Source of the DNA: Alphaproteobacteria bacterium
Lineage (GTDB): Bacteria; Pseudomonadota; Alphaproteobacteria; UBA828
Reading direction: 5' to 3'
DNA: 64,000 nt
Assembly (NCBI GenBank): GCA_965200925.1
Contig: OZ241738.1
Coordinates: forward strand, 585,774 to 649,773
Part shown: positions 19,021 through 26,516 of the stretch, piece after piece
Layout: the number at the start of each line of letters is the position of its first letter
Numbering within the stretch: position 1 is the first letter of the stretch
The notes under the pieces: model-generated
The model's input: the letters and a program-made list of their open reading frames with translations, nothing else
Databases searched by the model: none
What the model was told of the DNA's origin: nothing
Made by a program: the position numbers and the translations under genes

Positions 19021-19063
19021 GCGCGCCGCGCGGAAGTGTTTTTCGCGCGCCCGCGCGGCGCGC
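19021..19063. other. Perfect 13-bp GC-rich inverted repeat just inside the right island boundary
   Basis: gcgcgccgcgcgg (19021-19033) and ccgcgcggcgcgc (19051-19063) are separated by aagtgtttttcgcgcgc. It lies between the coxS-like stop and the type IIG start, so it may be a terminator/insulator or an operator. Confidence 0.45.
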
Positions 19064-19066
19064 GCC

Positions 19067-19083
19067 CCGGAAAACGAGGCCCG
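19067..19083. repeat. Right copy of the island-flanking 17-bp direct repeat
   Basis: ccggaaaacgaggcccg, identical to 11574-11590, 15 nt from the coxS-like stop. Confidence 0.6.
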
Positions 19084-19097
19084 CCGGCGGGGGGCGG

Positions 19098-19607
19098 TCA
19101 CGCCTCCGTTTCCGCCGGCGGCGGTGCGGGCTTCAACCCGTGGCGCATGGCGGACGCCGCGAGGACCGCGGCGACGATCCGCGCCTCGTCGCCGCAGCGG
19201 CACGGATTGCCGCGCAGCGCGCGGCGCACGTCCGCCGCGCTCGGGTCGATGTTCTCCTCCAGGAAATCCACCATGTTCGTCAGGATGCCGCCCGTACAAT
19301 CGCCGCACCGGGCGGCGCGATAGCGGCGGAACGCCTCGCGCAAATGGCGCGGCGTGCCGCGGCGGGCGAGCCCTTCGGCGGTGGTCACGGCCTTGCCGTC
19401 GAGCTGCACCGCGAGCTTCAGGCAGGATTTGTACGCCCTGCCCTCGATCAACACCGTGCAGGCCCCGCATCGTCCCGCGTTCGCGCAGCCGGCGAGCGTC
19501 CCCGCGTGCCCGCCCGCGTCGCGGATGAAATCGACCAGGAGGAGGCTCAAGGGCACGGTCCGCGCGTGCGCCGCGCCGTCGATCGTCACCGTGACGGTCT
19601 TGCGCAT
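19098..19607 (-). CDS. (2Fe-2S)-binding small subunit of a xanthine dehydrogenase/CO dehydrogenase-family enzyme (CoxS-like)
   Basis: From MRKTVTVTIDG. The Cys patterns GCANAGRCGACTV...SCL and RCGDCTGG...NPCRCG correspond to the two [2Fe-2S] sites. Confidence 0.8.
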   Translation of the reverse strand: MRKTVTVTIDGAAHARTVPLSLLLVDFIRDAGGHAGTLAGCANAGRCGACTVLIEGRAYKSCLKLAVQLDGKAVTTAEGLARRGTPRHLREAFRRYRAARCGDCTGGILTNMVDFLEENIDPSAADVRRALRGNPCRCGDEARIVAAVLAASAMRHGLKPAPPPAETEA

Positions 19608-19611
19608 GGCC

Positions 19612-20565
19612 TTATCTCTTCGCCGCGCGGGCGCAGGCCGCGGCCAGGGCATCGCGGCCGAGGGTGCGGATCAGCGCCTTGCGGCGCTCGCCGCTCGCCG
19701 CGGCGTCCGACTGCGCCTCGATGGCGTCGGCGGCCGCGGCGGCGGTTTCGGCAAAAACCGCCCGCCCGCCCGGCCGGCCGCGCAGCAGGTCGTCGATCTC
19801 GTCGAAGCGCCGGGCCGTCGGCGCAAGGCCGCCCACGGCGAAGCGGGCGCCGGTGCAGCGCCCCGCCTCGTCGATCTCGACGGCGGCTGCGACCCCGACG
19901 ACCGGCGGGCCGCCCGGCGTGGCGTCGTCCGGCGTGGCGCTGTCCGGCGTGGCGCCGTGCTTGCGATAGGCGCTGCCGACGCCCCGGTATTTCGGTGGGG
20001 GGAAGATGATCTCGACCAGGAGCTCGTCGTCCTGCCGCACCGTTTCGTCCGGCCCGGTGAGGAAGGCGTCGATCGGCACGGCCCGCGTGCCGCCGGCGGC
20101 CGAGGCGAGCACCAGCGTCGCGCCGAGGCAGAGGCAGACAGCGGGCATACAGGAGGCGACGGCGTTCCAGCACAGGCCGCCGCCGATGGTGGCGGCGTTG
20201 CGCAGCTGCCGGTCGCCCAGCGCCGCCGCCGCGTCGCCGACGGCCTGCAAGGCGCCGTGCAGGCCCGAGGTGGCGGCGAGCGCGCGACAGCGCGTCATCG
20301 GGCGCACGGTCAGGCCGCGCGGCCCCCGCGCGAGGCCGCTCAATTCCTCCACCCCGTTCAGGTCGATGAAGGCGCGCGGCGCGACCGGCTGCGCGCCCGC
20401 GTTCACGCAAGACCGCGCCGGCATCAGACTCGTGCCGCCGGCAAGAAACGCCGCCCCGCCCCCGGCGAGGCACCCGAGCGCCTCGTCGATGGTCCGCGGC
20501 GCGTGGAATGCCTCGAGTGTCGTCGAACAGGGCGGGCGTGAAGACAGGGGGGCCGTCGGCGGCAT
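19612..20565 (-). CDS. FAD-binding medium subunit of a molybdopterin dehydrogenase (CoxM-like)
   Basis: 317 aa. The FLAGGTSLMP motif and RNAATIGGGL are typical of the FAD_binding_5/CO-dehydrogenase flavoprotein fold. The start codon is uncertain. Confidence 0.8.
   Translation of the reverse strand: MPPTAPLSSRPPCSTTLEAFHAPRTIDEALGCLAGGGAAFLAGGTSLMPARSCVNAGAQPVAPRAFIDLNGVEELSGLARGPRGLTVRPMTRCRALAATSGLHGALQAVGDAAAALGDRQLRNAATIGGGLCWNAVASCMPAVCLCLGATLVLASAAGGTRAVPIDAFLTGPDETVRQDDELLVEIIFPPPKYRGVGSAYRKHGATPDSATPDDATPGGPPVVGVAAAVEIDEAGRCTGARFAVGGLAPTARRFDEIDDLLRGRPGGRAVFAETAAAAADAIEAQSDAAASGERRKALIRTLGRDALAAACARAAKR
19914..19958. repeat. 15-bp x3 in-frame tandem repeat inside the coxM-like gene
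   Basis: ccggcgtggcgtcgt / ccggcgtggcgctgt / ccggcgtggcgccgt, encoding ATPDS-ATPDD-ATPGG on the minus strand. Confidence 0.8.
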
Positions 20566-20618
20566 GTCGGACGTCTCATCCCGATCCGCGCGCCTGCGTC
20601 CCCCTCACCGGCGTGACG

Positions 20619-21173
20619 CTACCGGTTGGCGCCGGGGACCCAGAGCACGTCGGCGGCGCCGTCTTCGTTGAGGTGGCGGGCCAGGACGAAGAGGTGGTCG
20701 GAGAGGCGGTTGGCGTAGGTCAGGGCCAGCGGGTTCACCGGCTCGGCCGCCGCCAGCGCGGCGATCAGCCGCTCCGCGCGACGCACCGTCGTCCGCGCGA
20801 GGTGAAGGGCGGCGGCGGCGCGGGAGCCGCCGGGCAGGACGAAGGAATCGAGCGGGCGGAGACGCGCGTTCATGGCGTCGATCTCGCCTTCGAGCCGGTC
20901 GATCTGGGATCGGGCGATGCACAGCCCCTCTTCGAGCGGCCCCGGGCGGCAGAGGTCGGCGCCGAGATCGAACAGGTCGTTCTGGATGCGGGCGAGCATC
21001 GCGTCCGCCGCGCCGCCGGTCTCGGTCCGCGCCATGCCGATCGCGGCGTTCGCCTCGTCGACCGTCCCGTAAGCCTCCACCCGCCGGTCGTGCTTGGCGA
21101 CCCTGGCCCCGCCGCCGAGGGAGGTCTCGCCGGCGTCGCCGCCGCCGGTGTAGATGCGGGTCAGCTTGACCAT
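20619..21173 (-). CDS. ATP:cob(I)alamin adenosyltransferase, PduO type
   Basis: 184 aa. MVKLTRIYTGGGDAGETSL...RVEAYGTVDEANAAIG is the canonical PduO-type N-terminus. Confidence 0.9.
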   Translation of the reverse strand: MVKLTRIYTGGGDAGETSLGGGARVAKHDRRVEAYGTVDEANAAIGMARTETGGAADAMLARIQNDLFDLGADLCRPGPLEEGLCIARSQIDRLEGEIDAMNARLRPLDSFVLPGGSRAAAALHLARTTVRRAERLIAALAAAEPVNPLALTYANRLSDHLFVLARHLNEDGAADVLWVPGANR

Positions 21174-21371
21174 CTATTCCCGGATGACGAACACCAGCAG
21201 CGCGAGGAGCGCGATCGCCGCGAACTGGAGGCCGACCCGCCAGCGCATGAAGAGATTGCTCTTCTTCCCGCCGCCGTACATCGCGCCGAGACCGAGCGCG
21301 AGCACGACCACGACACCCCCCATGAGCACGTAGACCGCGATCTCGACGACGTCGGCGACGGTGCCGGTCAT
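21174..21371 (-). CDS. Twin-transmembrane-helix small protein (HIG1-like)
   Basis: From MTGTVADV. It has two hydrophobic helices separated by YGGGKKSNLFMRWRV, as in alphaproteobacterial HIG1-domain proteins. Confidence 0.6.
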   Translation of the reverse strand: MTGTVADVVEIAVYVLMGGVVVVLALGLGAMYGGGKKSNLFMRWRVGLQFAAIALLALLVFVIRE

Positions 21372-21529
21372 GCTCCCCTCCGAACCGCCTGTCGGGAGTC
21401 GCGCCAACGGGCGCGCGGAATGTGACTACGCCGACAGGCGCGCGGGATTCTAGCCCGCCGCGTCTTGCGCCGGAAGGGCGCCGCGGCCATCATCGCCGCC
21501 GGCCCGTCACCGGCGGTGGAGCAGGCGGC

Positions 21530-22270
21530 ATGAGCGGCACGGGCTTCGCGCCGAAGGCGCGGGTGGATGACCCGAAGGCGCGGGTGGATGACCTGGACGG
21601 CCCAGAGCGCCCGCCGGCGAACGGCGGCCCGGCGCGCAAGCTCGTCCTCCTGCTGCACGGCTTGGGGGCGGACGGCAACGACCTGATCGGCCTCGCCGAA
21701 GCCTGGGGGCGGGCGGTGCCCGACGCCCTCTTCGCCGCGCCCGACGCGCCCGAACCCTGCGACATGATGCCCGTGGGTATGGTGCCCGAGGGTATGGCGC
21801 CCGCGGGCCGGCAATGGTTCGGCTTGGGCGACCGCGCGCCCGAACGGATGCTGGCCGGAGTCGCGCGCGCGGCCGCGGCACTCGACGCCTATGCCGACGC
21901 CAGGCTGCGGGCGCTTGGCCTGGACGATGGCGACCTGGCGCTGGTCGGCTTCAGCCAGGGCACGATGACGGCGCTCCATGCCGCCTACCGCCGCGCCGCG
22001 CCGTGCGCCGGCGTGCTCGGCTTCTCGGGCTCCCTGATCGGCGGCGAGCGCCTGGCCGGGGAACTGCGCGCCCGGCCGCCGGCGTTCCTGATCCACGGCG
22101 AGGCCGACGATCTGATCCCGCCGCACGCGCTCTTCGAGGCCGCCGCCGCGCTCGGTGCCTGCCAAGTCTCCGTGCAATGGCACGTCAGCCGCGGCGTCGG
22201 CCACGGCATCGCGCCGGACGGAATCGAGATCGGCGGCCGCTTCCTGCACGACGTGCTCGCCGGCCCGTAA
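21530..22270 (+). CDS. Alpha/beta hydrolase, phospholipase/carboxylesterase family
   Basis: Contains LVLLLHGLGADGNDL, the nucleophile elbow GFSQGT, and GEADDLIP...GHGI (Asp/His). I chose the ATG at 21530 rather than the longer track ORF. Confidence 0.8.
   Translation: MSGTGFAPKARVDDPKARVDDLDGPERPPANGGPARKLVLLLHGLGADGNDLIGLAEAWGRAVPDALFAAPDAPEPCDMMPVGMVPEGMAPAGRQWFGLGDRAPERMLAGVARAAAALDAYADARLRALGLDDGDLALVGFSQGTMTALHAAYRRAAPCAGVLGFSGSLIGGERLAGELRARPPAFLIHGEADDLIPPHALFEAAAALGACQVSVQWHVSRGVGHGIAPDGIEIGGRFLHDVLAGP
21551..21592. repeat. Perfect 21-bp tandem duplication
   Basis: ccgaaggcgcgggtggatgac occurs twice, encoding PKARVDD-PKARVDD at the N-terminus of the esterase. Confidence 0.9.
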
Positions 22271-22337
22271 CCCGGGCGTTGCGCACCCGGTCGGCGGCCT
22301 TGATGGAGGCTTCCCTGGTGATCTTCACTCTCGAGCC

Positions 22338-22499
22338 ATGAATGACGATGCGCGGCGCTGCCGCCGTTGCGGCGCGGTGATCGAAGAAGAGCCTCCATTG
22401 CGCGCCCTGTCGCGCACCGCCGATAAGCTCGTGCGCGAGGCGGCAATGGCGGCGGTAATAGTGGTTGCCATCGTGATGTTGGTCTGGGCGCTGGCGTGA
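22338..22499 (+). CDS. Hypothetical 53-aa tail-anchored protein (weak call)
   Basis: MNDDARRCRRCGAVIEEEPP... followed by the hydrophobic AMAAVIVVAIVMLVWALA. No homology recognised. Confidence 0.25.
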   Translation: MNDDARRCRRCGAVIEEEPPLRALSRTADKLVREAAMAAVIVVAIVMLVWALA

Positions 22500-22841
22500 A
22501 TGGCGCATCCCAGGCTTGGCGCCCTTGATACGCACCAAGCTGGTGCCAGCGTGAACGCGATTCGCCCGGGCGGGCGCAATCGGTGGATGCCAAGAAAGTC
22601 CACAACCGGAAGGAACCGCCCATGCCCGCTCAAGGCGGCGGAACGTGGGACTGCTTCCGAAGTGAAGGCCGTGCTATTCGCCGGCGCGGACCCCGGCGCG
22701 CGCTGAAGACGGCAAGCTTCCCTTCAATTATGCGAAAGACAACGCTGCGCTGCGGGGAACCGACGCCTACTGGTGGTTGAATGAGGTCCGGTTCGAGTAA
22801 GGCTCGCCCCTGTCGTACCGGGAGGGGCGCCATAGCTGCAA

Positions 22842-24095
22842 TCAGACGACCCCGTCTTCGCGAAGGGCGTCGAGGGCGGCGGCGTCGAGGGCGAGCCAGT
22901 CGCGCAGGATGTCGGCCGCGTCCGCGCCGAGCAGGGGGGCGGCGCGCGGGTAGTCCACCGGGGTTTCGGAGAACTTGACCGGGTTGGCCGGGTGGTCCAC
23001 CGCGACGCCCGCGCCGTGCGGGATCGTCACCCGCATGGCCCGCGCCGCGATCTGCGGGTCGGCGAACACCCGGTCGATGGTGTTGATCGGCCCGCAAGGC
23101 ACGCCGGCGGGCTCGAGGGCGGCGATCCAGGCGTCCATCGTCCGCGCGCGGGTGACGTCGTTCAGCAGCGGGATCAGCGCTTCGCGGTTGCCGACGCGGC
23201 CGGCGTTGGTGGCGAAGCGTGCGTCCTCGGCGAGCTCCGGCCGCCCGGCCACCGCGCAGAATTTGCGGAACTGGCCGTCATTGCCGATCGCCAGGGCGAC
23301 ATGCCCGTCGCGCGTCGGGAACACGCCGTAGGGCACGATGTTGTGATGCTCGTTGCCCGTGCGCGAAGGCACCATCCCGCCGACCAGATAATTCATGGCC
23401 TGGTTGGCGAGCCACGCCACCTGGGTGTCGAGCAGCGCGAGGTCGATGTGCTGGCCGCGGCCCGTCCGCGCGCGGCTCGCCAGCGCGGCGAGGACGGCCG
23501 TCGCCGCGTACATGCCGGTCATCAGGTCGGCGGCAGCGACGCCCACCTTCTGCGGGCCGCCGCCCGGCAGGTCGTCGCGCTCGCCGGTGACGCTCATGAG
23601 GCCGCCCGCGCCCTGGGCGATCAGGTCATAGCCGGTGCGCGCGGCGTAAGGCCCGGTCTGGCCGAAGCCCGTGATCGAGCAATAGATCAGGCGCGGGTTG
23701 ATCGCGCGCGTCGAAGCGTAGTCGAGGCCGTATTTCGCGAGGCCGCCGACCTTGTAGTTCTCGATCAGGACGTCGGCGCAGCGGGCGAGCCGGCGGACGA
23801 GGCCTTGGCCGGGCGGGGCCGACAGGTCGAGGGTGATCGAGCGCTTCGCCCGGTTGGCAGAGAGGAAATAGGCGGCGTCGGCCGTCTCCGCGCCCGCCGC
23901 GTCGCGCAGGAAGGGCGGCCCCCAGGAACGGGTGTCGTCGCCGCTGCCGGGGCGCTCGACCTTGACCACGTCGGCGCCGAAATCGGCCAGCAGCTGCGCG
24001 GCCCACGGACCGGCCAGGATGCGGCTCAGATCGAGCACCTTGAGGCCGGCCAGGGGGCCGCTCCGCGCCCGCGGCATGGGGACCCGCTTGGTCAC
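22842..24095 (-). CDS. Family III CoA-transferase (CaiB/BaiF-like)
   Basis: 417 aa. GLKVLDLSRILAGPWAAQLLADFGADVVKVERPG.GDDTR is the family signature. Confidence 0.9.
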   Translation of the reverse strand: MTKRVPMPRARSGPLAGLKVLDLSRILAGPWAAQLLADFGADVVKVERPGSGDDTRSWGPPFLRDAAGAETADAAYFLSANRAKRSITLDLSAPPGQGLVRRLARCADVLIENYKVGGLAKYGLDYASTRAINPRLIYCSITGFGQTGPYAARTGYDLIAQGAGGLMSVTGERDDLPGGGPQKVGVAAADLMTGMYAATAVLAALASRARTGRGQHIDLALLDTQVAWLANQAMNYLVGGMVPSRTGNEHHNIVPYGVFPTRDGHVALAIGNDGQFRKFCAVAGRPELAEDARFATNAGRVGNREALIPLLNDVTRARTMDAWIAALEPAGVPCGPINTIDRVFADPQIAARAMRVTIPHGAGVAVDHPANPVKFSETPVDYPRAAPLLGADAADILRDWLALDAAALDALREDGVV

Positions 24096-24107
24096 GACCC
24101 GCCCGGC

Positions 24108-25961
24108 CTACGCGGCGGCCCGGACGAAATGCCCCGCCTCCCGCTCGACCAGGCCGGGGCGCGCCTCCTGGTCGACCGTGAACGGCGCCGGCCAGGCGGC
24201 GGGCTCCGAGGCCTTGCCGGCCATCAGCGCCGTCAGATCGAGCTTCGAATCGAGTGACGGCTCGGGCACCGCCGCAACCAGGGCCTGGGTGTAGGGATGG
24301 AGCGGGTTGCGGAAGAGGGCCTCCCGGGGGGCGATCTCGACGATGCGGCCGGCGCACATCACGGCGATGCGATGGGCGATGTAATCGACCACCGCGAGAT
24401 TGTGCGAGATGAACAGATAGGTCAGATCGAGTTTCTCCTGGAGGTCCTTCAGGAGGTTCAGGACCTGCGCCTGGATCGAGACGTCGAGGGCCGAGACCGG
24501 CTCGTCGCAGATCAGCAGCGCCGGTTTCAGCGCGAGCGCGCGGGCGATTCCGATGCGCTGGCGCTGGCCGCCGGAGAAACTGTGCGGGTAGCGCCGGAGG
24601 AAGCGCGGGTCGAGGCCGACCAGCCGCATCAGCTCCCGCACGATCGCGCGCCGCTCGGCGGGCGTGCCGACGCGGTGGATGACCAGCGGCTCGGCGATGA
24701 TGTCGAAGACGGTCATGCGCGGGTTGAGGGAGCCGAACGGGTCCTGGAAGATGAACTGGATCTTGCGCCGGAAGGAAACGAGCCGGCGGGCCGGGAGCGC
24801 CCGCACGTCGATTTCCTCCGCGCCGTCGCGGAAGACGATGGCGCCCCGGTCGGCCTGGATCGCGCGCAGGATGAGCTTGCTCAGGGTCGTCTTGCCGCAA
24901 CCGCTCTCCCCCACCAGCCCGACGCACTCGCCGCGCCGCACGTCGAGGCTCACGTCGTCCACCGCGTCCACCCGCACCGCCGGCCCGCCGCCGAACAGGC
25001 CCTGCTTGCGGATGGCGAAGCTCTTCCCCAGGCCGCGCACGCTGAGCAGGGGCGCCGCGCTCCGCACTGGGCGTGTCCCGCCGGCGGAGAGGAAGGGGCC
25101 GGTCTCCGCCTTGATCTCGCGGAGCGGCACCAGACGCTCGCCGGGCGCCATGTGGAAGCGCGGCACCGCGTGCAGCAAGGCGTCGAGATAGGGGTGCCCG
25201 GGGGCGCGGTAGATGTCTTCGACCGTGCCGCGCTCCATCACCTTGCCGCGGTACAGGACGACCACCTCGTCGGCCATGTTGGCGACCACGCCGAGATCGT
25301 GGGTGATCATCAGGATGGCCATGCCGAGCCGGGCCTGGAGGTCCTTCATCAGCTTGAGAATCTGCGCCTGGATGGTGACGTCGAGCGCGGTGGTCGGTTC
25401 GTCGGCGATCAGCAGCGCCGGCCGGCAGACCAGCGCCATGGCGATGGTCGCCCGCTGCCGGAGGCCGCCGGAGAGCTCGAACGGATAGGTGCGCAGCGCC
25501 TTGCCGGGATCGGGAAAGCCCACCAGCCCCAGCATCTCCGCCGTGGCCTGGCGGCTTTCCTCCCGGCCGCCGCCCCGGTGCAGCCGGTAGGCCTCGCCGA
25601 TCTGGTTGCCGATGGTGTGGAGCGGCGAGAGCGCGGTCATCGGCTCCTGGAAGACGATCGAGATGCGCCTGCCCCGGATCGCCCGCATCGCCCTGCCGTC
25701 GGCCTTCAGGGCGGTGATCTCGACCGGCGGGCCGTGGGCCGGATCGTTCAGCGTCACCCGCCCGCCTGCGATATGGGCCACCTTGGGCAGGATGCGCATG
25801 ATGGTCTGGGAGATCACCGACTTGCCGGAGCCCGATTCCCCGACCAGGGCCACGGTGCGCCCGGCGGGGACCGAGAACGAGACGCCGTCGACGGCGCGAA
25901 TCGTCCCCTCGGCGACGCGGAAACGGACCTCCAGGTTCTCGACGGTGAGAAGCGCGCTCAC
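24108..25961 (-). CDS. ABC transporter ATP-binding protein with two fused NBDs (YejF/GsiA-like)
   Basis: 617 aa with two Walker A motifs ([16 protein letters not shown]), two signatures ([16 protein letters not shown]) and two Walker B motifs. Confidence 0.9.
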   Translation of the reverse strand: MSALLTVENLEVRFRVAEGTIRAVDGVSFSVPAGRTVALVGESGSGKSVISQTIMRILPKVAHIAGGRVTLNDPAHGPPVEITALKADGRAMRAIRGRRISIVFQEPMTALSPLHTIGNQIGEAYRLHRGGGREESRQATAEMLGLVGFPDPGKALRTYPFELSGGLRQRATIAMALVCRPALLIADEPTTALDVTIQAQILKLMKDLQARLGMAILMITHDLGVVANMADEVVVLYRGKVMERGTVEDIYRAPGHPYLDALLHAVPRFHMAPGERLVPLREIKAETGPFLSAGGTRPVRSAAPLLSVRGLGKSFAIRKQGLFGGGPAVRVDAVDDVSLDVRRGECVGLVGESGCGKTTLSKLILRAIQADRGAIVFRDGAEEIDVRALPARRLVSFRRKIQFIFQDPFGSLNPRMTVFDIIAEPLVIHRVGTPAERRAIVRELMRLVGLDPRFLRRYPHSFSGGQRQRIGIARALALKPALLICDEPVSALDVSIQAQVLNLLKDLQEKLDLTYLFISHNLAVVDYIAHRIAVMCAGRIVEIAPREALFRNPLHPYTQALVAAVPEPSLDSKLDLTALMAGKASEPAAWPAPFTVDQEARPGLVEREAGHFVRAAA

Positions 25962-25979
25962 GAGGGGGGTACGGGTCCG

Positions 25980-26516
25980 TCAACCGGCGTCCGGCGCGGC
26001 CCCGGGGATGCCGAGGGCGCGGAGGTTCTCGACGGTGGCGGGGTCGAAGGCGAGGCCGCGCGCCCGTGCCGCGTCGGCGGCGCGGCGCACGATCGTCTCG
26101 AAGCCCTCGATCCGCGAATCGACCCGCAGGCGCCGAGCCTGCGCCTCGAGCTTGAGCTGCATCCACCCGCCCTGACGGTCCCGTCTGGTCGAATAATAGC
26201 CGAGGGAACAGCGAGTCAACCGCGCCCACGGCAGGTGTCGGGGGAGCGGTCCGTCGACGGTGAGGCCGCGTGCGGAAAGGCGCAGGCAGGTGCGGTGCCG
26301 CAGCAGCGCCCGCCCGCCGAACGCCGCGAACAGCGCGGCGAGGGCGGCGAGAACGCCGGCAACCGGCGCCAGCGGCGGGGCCACCGCGAACGGACCGAGG
26401 GCGAAGAGGAGCCCCAGCGCGGCGCAGGCGCATTCCGAGAAAACCGCGCGCGGCGGGTAGCGGTGGCGGCTCTCGCCCGCGTGCGGCGCGCTGCCGTGCG
26501 GCGCGCCGTCGTTCAC
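25980..26516 (-). CDS. Hypothetical membrane protein (178 aa)
   Basis: The GTG start overlaps the ligase stop (GTGA). Hydrophobic stretches ACAALGLLFALGPFAVAPPLAPVAGVLAALAALFAAF are followed by a soluble tail. No family recognised. Confidence 0.45.
   Translation of the reverse strand: MNDGAPHGSAPHAGESRHRYPPRAVFSECACAALGLLFALGPFAVAPPLAPVAGVLAALAALFAAFGGRALLRHRTCLRLSARGLTVDGPLPRHLPWARLTRCSLGYYSTRRDRQGGWMQLKLEAQARRLRVDSRIEGFETIVRRAADAARARGLAFDPATVENLRALGIPGAAPDAG

Larger units (their letters stand above)
11574..19083. mobile_element. Defence genomic island bounded by 17-bp direct repeats (no mobility gene seen)
   Basis: The perfect 17-mer ccggaaaacgaggcccg occurs at 11574-11590 and 19067-19083. 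These sites bracket exactly the four co-directional defence genes, between the coxS-like stop (19098) and the isochorismatase-family start (11534). Parts of the interior are visibly more AT-rich. Confidence 0.55.

Noticed and set aside
11574-19083. Assignment of the island to BREX, DISARM or Dnd/Ssp systems
   Set aside because: No PglZ, BrxC, BrxL, DrmA/B/C, DndA-E or SspA-D-like genes are present. The large methylase has an N-terminal PD-ExK-like nuclease motif, which fits a type IIG enzyme rather than PglX.
19067-19083. The 17-mer repeat as merely the U-tail region of rho-independent terminators
   Set aside because: Not fully rejected. On the minus strand it reads CGGGCCTCGTTTTCCGG, and the copy at 19067 is preceded by the palindrome CCCGCCGGCGGG. 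The 11574 copy lacks a convincing stem, though, and the two copies coincide exactly with the edges of the accessory block. I therefore kept the direct-repeat interpretation, flagged as an inference.
18982-19470. 163-codon N-terminal extension of the type IIG ORF (track start 19470)
   Set aside because: It would overlap the coxS-like gene and cross the island boundary repeat. It is Arg-rich nonsense. The ATG at 18981 has a GGAG SD and begins the conserved N-terminal nuclease region.
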